64,000 nt of DNA from Telluria sp. (GTDB lineage: Bacteria > Pseudomonadota > Gammaproteobacteria > Burkholderiales > Burkholderiaceae_D), in contig DASTVB010000074.1 of assembly GCA_035759315.1 (NCBI GenBank), positions 2,195-66,194 of the forward strand, given 5' to 3'. The notes beneath the pieces are model-generated. The model did no database searches. It was not told the origin of the DNA and saw nothing but the letters and a program-made list of their open reading frames with translations. Below, one piece after another: positions 59,940-64,000 of the stretch. A program made the translations under genes and the position numbers. Every line of letters begins with the position of its first letter. Positions within the stretch are counted from its first letter, which is position 1.

Positions 59940-61834
59940 TGTTCTGGCGCGAACCGGGAACCGTACGCTCCAAGCTGATCGTCATGGCGGTCGCCACCAC
60001 CTTCTTCGCCTTGCTGGCCTCGTTCGCCGCCATGATGGCCTACGACCTGCGCTCGTTCCGCGACTACCTGGTGGCCGACGTGATCACCCAGGCCGACGTG
60101 GTGGCCAGCGTGACTGCCCCGGCGCTGACCTTCAACGACTCCACCACCGCCCAGCAAAGCCTGGCCGTGCTGCGGGTGCGTCCGCAGATCCTGGCCGGCG
60201 CCATCTACACCGCCAGCGGCGAACGCTTCGCCACCTACACCCACCGTCCGGAAGTGGCCGAGCCGTTCCCGGCCAAGCCGGGCAAGCCGGGCTACCGGAT
60301 CACCGGCAACGAGCTGGAGGTGTTCCACAACGTGATCGACCACGGCGAAAAGGTCGGCACCGTCTACCTGCGCGCGCGCTACGGCCTGGGCGAGCGCTTC
60401 ACCAATTACGCCAAGATCCTGGCGCTGGTGCTGATGGGCGCCCTGATCGTCGCCGCGCTGGTCGCGCGCAAGCTGCAGAGCGGGATCACGCGGCCGCTGG
60501 AAGCGGTGACCAACGTCGCGCGCCAAGTGATGCAGCGGCGCGACTTCACTTTGCGGGTGCCGGGCAATAACACCGGCGAAATCGGCGTGCTGGTGGCGGC
60601 CTTCAACGACATGCTGGCCGAGATCGGGCGGCGCTCGCACGCGCTGCAGGAAGCAAACCTCACGCTCGAACACGAAATGCAGGTGCGCCAGCGCGCCGAG
60701 GACGCGCTGCTGCTGGCCGACCGGCGCAAGGACGAATTCCTGGCCACGCTGGCGCACGAACTGCGCAACCCGCTGGCGCCGATCCGCACTGGCCTCGACA
60801 TCCTGCGCATCCGCAGCGGCGACGCCGACGCCACCCGGCGCGCCACCGACATCATGGAACGCCAGCTGCGCCAGATGGTGCGCCTGGTCGATGACCTGCT
60901 GGACGTCTCGCGCATCAACACCGGCAAATTCGCGATCAAGACCGGGCGCGTCGAACTCAAGGCGGTGGTCAACGACGCGCTGGAAGTAGTGCGCCCGTAC
61001 ATCGAACTGCACGGGCACGAACTCGAAATCGACCTGCCGGACCGCCCGGTGTTCCTGAATGGCGACGCCACGCGCCTGGCGCAGATCCTGTCGAACCTGC
61101 TGAACAACGCCGCCAAGTACACCAACCGCGGCGGGCGCGTGCGCCTGTCGGGCAAGGTCGACGAGAACGTGCTGACCATCCGCGTGATCGACAACGGCAT
61201 CGGCATCGAGCCGAACATGCTGGCGCAGGTCTTCGAAATGTTCGTGCAGGTGGATTCCACGCTGGAGCGCACCAACGCCGGCCTGGGCGTCGGACTGTCG
61301 CTGGCGCGACGCCTGGTAGAACTGCACGGCGGGACGATCGAAGCGCACAGTGGCGGCACCGGCAAGGGCAGCGAATTCATCGTTCGCCTGCCGATCGTGG
61401 TGGAACCGGAGCCGCCGACCGTTTCCACGCCGGCTGCCTTTATTAGCTCCGAAACCTATCGCATCCTGCTGGCGGACGATAATGTTGACTTTGTCAACAG
61501 TATTGGTGCGCTGCTCTCGGCGATGGGTCACAGCGTCGTGATCACCCATACCGGACCCGATGCGCTGACCGCAGCGGCGCGCTTCTGCCCGGACTACGCC
61601 TTCCTCGACATCGGGCTGCCGGGCATGTCGGGCTACGACCTGGCGCGCGGCATCCGGCGCCTGTCGTGCGGCGCCACCACGCTGCTGATCGCCGTGACCG
61701 GCTGGGGGCAGGAGAAGGACCGCCAGCTCGCGTTCGAAGCCGGCTTCGACCACCACATGGTCAAGCCGGTGCGGTTCGAGCAGATCGAAGAAATCCTCAG
61801 CAACCGCGCGCTGATCAAGAAGGTGCGCACGTAA
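59936..61834 (+). CDS. Hybrid sensor histidine kinase (periplasmic sensor-HAMP-HisKA-HATPase-REC)
   Basis: Two TM segments flank a ~130-aa periplasmic domain. HAMP, H-box AHELRNPLAPI, NAAKYT, DNGIGI, GLGVGLSLA, REC (ILLADDNVD, AFLDIGLPGMSG, VKP). The start overlaps the yfiR-like stop. Confidence 0.88.
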   Translation: MMFWREPGTVRSKLIVMAVATTFFALLASFAAMMAYDLRSFRDYLVADVITQADVVASVTAPALTFNDSTTAQQSLAVLRVRPQILAGAIYTASGERFATYTHRPEVAEPFPAKPGKPGYRITGNELEVFHNVIDHGEKVGTVYLRARYGLGERFTNYAKILALVLMGALIVAALVARKLQSGITRPLEAVTNVARQVMQRRDFTLRVPGNNTGEIGVLVAAFNDMLAEIGRRSHALQEANLTLEHEMQVRQRAEDALLLADRRKDEFLATLAHELRNPLAPIRTGLDILRIRSGDADATRRATDIMERQLRQMVRLVDDLLDVSRINTGKFAIKTGRVELKAVVNDALEVVRPYIELHGHELEIDLPDRPVFLNGDATRLAQILSNLLNNAAKYTNRGGRVRLSGKVDENVLTIRVIDNGIGIEPNMLAQVFEMFVQVDSTLERTNAGLGVGLSLARRLVELHGGTIEAHSGGTGKGSEFIVRLPIVVEPEPPTVSTPAAFISSETYRILLADDNVDFVNSIGALLSAMGHSVVITHTGPDALTAAARFCPDYAFLDIGLPGMSGYDLARGIRRLSCGATTLLIAVTGWGQEKDRQLAFEAGFDHHMVKPVRFEQIEEILSNRALIKKVRT

Positions 61835-61856
61835 CGCGATGCAAATCTGAAAACGA

Positions 61857-61885
61857 AACGGGAGCCGCGTGCTCCCGTTTTTGTT
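61857..61885 (+). terminator. Rho-independent terminator after the hybrid kinase gene
   Basis: AACGGGAGC-CGCGT-GCTCCCGTT stem-loop followed by TTTGTT. Confidence 0.8.
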
Positions 61886-61907
61886 GGCGGGATGCGGAAG
61901 AGGGCGC

Positions 61908-61946
61908 GGAAAAGAAAAATGCCCCGTCGATTACTCGACGGGGCAT
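61908..61946 (-). terminator. Rho-independent terminator downstream of tRNA-Arg
   Basis: On the minus strand, GCCCCGTCGA-GTAA-TCGACGGGGC is followed by ATTTTTCTTTT. Confidence 0.8.
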
Positions 61947-61957
61947 CTTCTTGAAAC

Positions 61958-62034
61958 TGGTGCGGCTGGCAGGAATCGAACCCACGACCCCTTGGTTCGT
62001 AGCCAAGTACTCTATCCAGCTGAGCTACAGCCGC
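61958..62034 (-). tRNA. tRNA-Arg (anticodon ACG)
   Basis: The reverse complement GCGGCTGTAGCTCAGCTGGATAGAGTACTTGGCTACGAACCAAGGGGTCGTGGGTTCGATTCCTGCCAGCCGCACCA folds as a cloverleaf. The anticodon arm is CTTGG-CTACGAA-CCAAG. The T-loop is GGTTCGATTCC. The CCA end is encoded. Confidence 0.95.
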
Positions 62035-62193
62035 AAAGACAAGCATTATAGCATCGTCGACATGTTTTCGGAAGAGCAAAACACACCGCAAAACTCCGGG
62101 CCCGAAGGGCTTGTCCCCGAAGAAGCAGCATTGTAGGGGCGCGCCGCCATTTTGTCCAGCGTCATCCAACTCCGACCCCGCCCGGCAAACTCC

Positions 62194-62434
62194 CACGGTG
62201 TCAGGCACGCCCCACCACCCACGGTGTCAGGCACCAAGGGAAGTCGGTGCCTGACACCGAGGTTGATCCAGCGCAGGGGGCGCGCATCTAGATCGCCGCT
62301 GGAGTAGAGCCGCGCAATCCCGGTTGAATCGTGCGAGCGCCAAGTAGCGCGAGATGCCCCCGGTGTCAGGCACCGTGTGGTAAGCGGCGGGGACAGGTCG
62401 ACGCTCTGCGGACCAGACCTGACACCGAGGTTGA
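62194..62434. repeat. REP-C cluster (GGTGTCAGGCAC / GTGCCTGACACC units)
   Basis: Forward units lie at 62194-62208, 62220-62234 and 62362-62373. Inverted units ending CCTGACACCGAGGTTGA lie at 62247-62266 and 62418-62434. A perfect 12-bp stem hairpin spans 62223-62258. Confidence 0.85.
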
Positions 62435-62440
62435 GAAATA

Positions 62441-63364
62441 TCAAGCGGCGAAGGCTTCGATGTTGTCGACGAGTATGTCGGCGAGCCGCTGCATCGCCTG
62501 CGCGCTGCCCCAGGCGCAATGCGGAGTAAGGATGAAGTTGGGCTGGCGCAACGCGAGCAGGGGGTTGTCGGGCGGCGGGGGCTCGACGCTCAGCACGTCG
62601 AAGGCGGCGCCGGCAATGACGTTGCGGCGCAGCGCGTCGGCGAGGGCGCCTTCGTCGACCAGGCCGCCGCGCGCGGTGTTGAGGAGGATGGCGGACGGCT
62701 TCATCTGGGCCAGCTCGGCGGCGCCGATCATGTTGCGGGTGGCGTCGGTCAGCGGGGCGTGCAGGGTGACGACGTCGGATTCGCGCAGCAGGGCGTCCAG
62801 CGCAAGCTGGCGGACGCCGGGGTCGGCAACTGGCGAGCGCGAGGTCACGGCGATCTCCATGCCGAAGGCGCGGCCGATGCGCGCGACCGCCTGCCCCAGC
62901 GCGCCGTAGCCGACGATGCCCAGGGTGCTGCCCGCCAGGTCGCGGATCGGATGCCCAAGCAAACAGAAACGCTCGGAACGCTGCCACTCGCCGGCTTCGA
63001 CGACGGCGCGGTAGGCCAGCAGGTTGCGCCGCAGGGCGAGCATCAGCATGAAGCAGTGCTCGGGCACGGTCTCCACCGCATAGTCCCGGATGTTGACGAC
63101 CTCGATGCCGCGCTCGCGGGCGGCGGCAACGTCGACGTTGTCGGTTCCGGTCGCGGCCACGGCGACCAGCTTCAGGTCCGGCAGCTGCGCGAGGTCCGCC
63201 GCGCGCACCGGGACTTTGTTGGTGACGCAGATGCTGGCCCCGCGCAGCCGTCCGACCACGTCCGCAGGCGCGGTGGACGGGTAGTCGGTCCACACATGCG
63301 GGAACGAGGGCGTGCGGATGTCGGCAACCAGGCTGGCCCGGTCAAGGAATACGATCTTGTGCAT
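62441..63364 (-). CDS. D-isomer-specific 2-hydroxyacid dehydrogenase (glycerate/hydroxypyruvate reductase-like)
   Basis: MHKIVFLD.., NAD fold GIVGYGALGQAVA, NTARGGLVDE, catalytic His context TPHCAW. Confidence 0.88.
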   Translation of the reverse strand: MHKIVFLDRASLVADIRTPSFPHVWTDYPSTAPADVVGRLRGASICVTNKVPVRAADLAQLPDLKLVAVAATGTDNVDVAAARERGIEVVNIRDYAVETVPEHCFMLMLALRRNLLAYRAVVEAGEWQRSERFCLLGHPIRDLAGSTLGIVGYGALGQAVARIGRAFGMEIAVTSRSPVADPGVRQLALDALLRESDVVTLHAPLTDATRNMIGAAELAQMKPSAILLNTARGGLVDEGALADALRRNVIAGAAFDVLSVEPPPPDNPLLALRQPNFILTPHCAWGSAQAMQRLADILVDNIEAFAA

Positions 63365-63512
63365 GTGAAATAACTCCGGCGTTGACGCGGCGATCATACC
63401 CCGCGCGCGGCCCGCCGGATATGGCCAATGGCGACGCACGTTAGCTGGCGCACAGTCCGGTTAGCCCTTCGCGCCCTACAGTTTCTCATCTGCTCCCAAC
63501 GGTGACGCCACC

Positions 63513-64000
63513 ATGCCTACTTCACACGACGCCCTCAAGCTGTATAAGTCCAAGCGCAATTTCTCGATCACGTCCGAACCCGAGGAAGGCGGCATCGAGC
63601 ACCCGGACGAGCTGACCTTCGTGATCCAGAAGCACTGGGCATCGCGCCTGCACTACGATTTCCGGCTCGAGCTGGACGGCACCATGAAAAGCTGGGCCGT
63701 GCCAAAGGGGCCAAGCTACGACACGCACGACAAGCGCATGGCGGTGCACGTCGAGGACCACCCGATCTCGTACTCGAGCTTCGAAGGCACGATCCCTGAA
63801 AAGCAGTACGGCGCGGGCAAGGTGATCGTCTGGGACAAGGGCACCTGGCATCCGGTTGGCGATCCGCACGAAGGCTACGCCAAGGGCAATCTGAAATTCG
63901 AGATCCGCGGCCACAAGATGCACGGCCGCTGGGTGCTGGTGCGTATGAAGGGCCGGGGCGAGAAGCAGGAGCCCTGGCTGCTGATCAAGGAGAAGGACGA
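63513..64000 (+). CDS. ligD: DNA ligase D, N-terminal 3'-phosphoesterase domain (partial; continues past right edge)
   Basis: MPTSHDALKLYKSKRNFSITSEP..FVIQKHWASRLHYDFRLELDGTMKSWAVPKGPS..HVEDHPISYSSFEGTIPEKQYGAGKVIVWDKGTW..GHKMHGRWVLVRMKG. This is the classic LigD PE-domain pattern. It is an open frame to the window end, so it is absent from the closed-ORF track. Confidence 0.85.
   Translation, partial: MPTSHDALKLYKSKRNFSITSEPEEGGIEHPDELTFVIQKHWASRLHYDFRLELDGTMKSWAVPKGPSYDTHDKRMAVHVEDHPISYSSFEGTIPEKQYGAGKVIVWDKGTWHPVGDPHEGYAKGNLKFEIRGHKMHGRWVLVRMKGRGEKQEPWLLIKEKD

Noticed and set aside
59876-59945. Apparent 1-nt frame discrepancy when I hand-translated the printed sequence across 59880/59881 (end of the yfiR-like gene and start of the kinase gene).
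   Set aside because: Both the sense ORF (..DKHNVKLSS..) and the antisense track ORF (..ELSFTLCLSAASS..) support an uninterrupted frame, and coordinates agree again further downstream. I attribute it to my own reading or counting error and used the track coordinates.
61958-62440. Integrated mobile element or genomic island at tRNA-Arg.
   Set aside because: There is no integrase, excisionase or phage/ICE gene on either side. I could not find a direct repeat of the tRNA 3' end in the window. The adjacent repeats are REP-like palindromes, not att sites.

Overview
This is a 64-kb segment of a high-G+C Gram-negative chromosome. It is most likely betaproteobacterial and Burkholderiales-like; that is an inference from the Bug/TctC-type transporter, the PetA sequence style and the REP repeats, not a database result. 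I can support about 57 protein-coding genes (2 partial), 2 decayed genes, one tRNA-Arg(ACG) and several intrinsic terminators. There are also two Fur-box-like sites and three unrelated families of palindromic REP/MITE-like repeats. No rRNA, CRISPR array, transposase or integrase was seen. From 0 to 30 kb the content is mixed. It includes a visibly lower-G+C islet with an Mrr-type nuclease, a GH13 / GT2 synthase / beta-barrel gene set, RNase Z and a MacB/HlyD-type ABC exporter. It also includes Usp, an S1 protease, tctCBA, an orphan Rieske PetA, a Fur-boxed TonB receptor and a beta-propeller-amidohydrolase. From 30.7 to 61.8 kb the window is unusually dense in signal transduction, with 7 histidine-kinase proteins (one carrying two kinase cores), 5 REC proteins, GGDEF, HDOD and YfiR. 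The best candidate for an undescribed system is the translationally coupled cassette at 35486-40763. It encodes an MglA-like Ras GTPase, a soluble histidine kinase, a REC-fused GspE/PilB-type ATPase, a small protein and an HDOD protein. No MglB and no pilus or secretion components occur anywhere in the window. Starts that I moved away from the ORF track were derived by hand and checked for frame. Coordinates of repeats and hairpins may be off by 1-2 nt.
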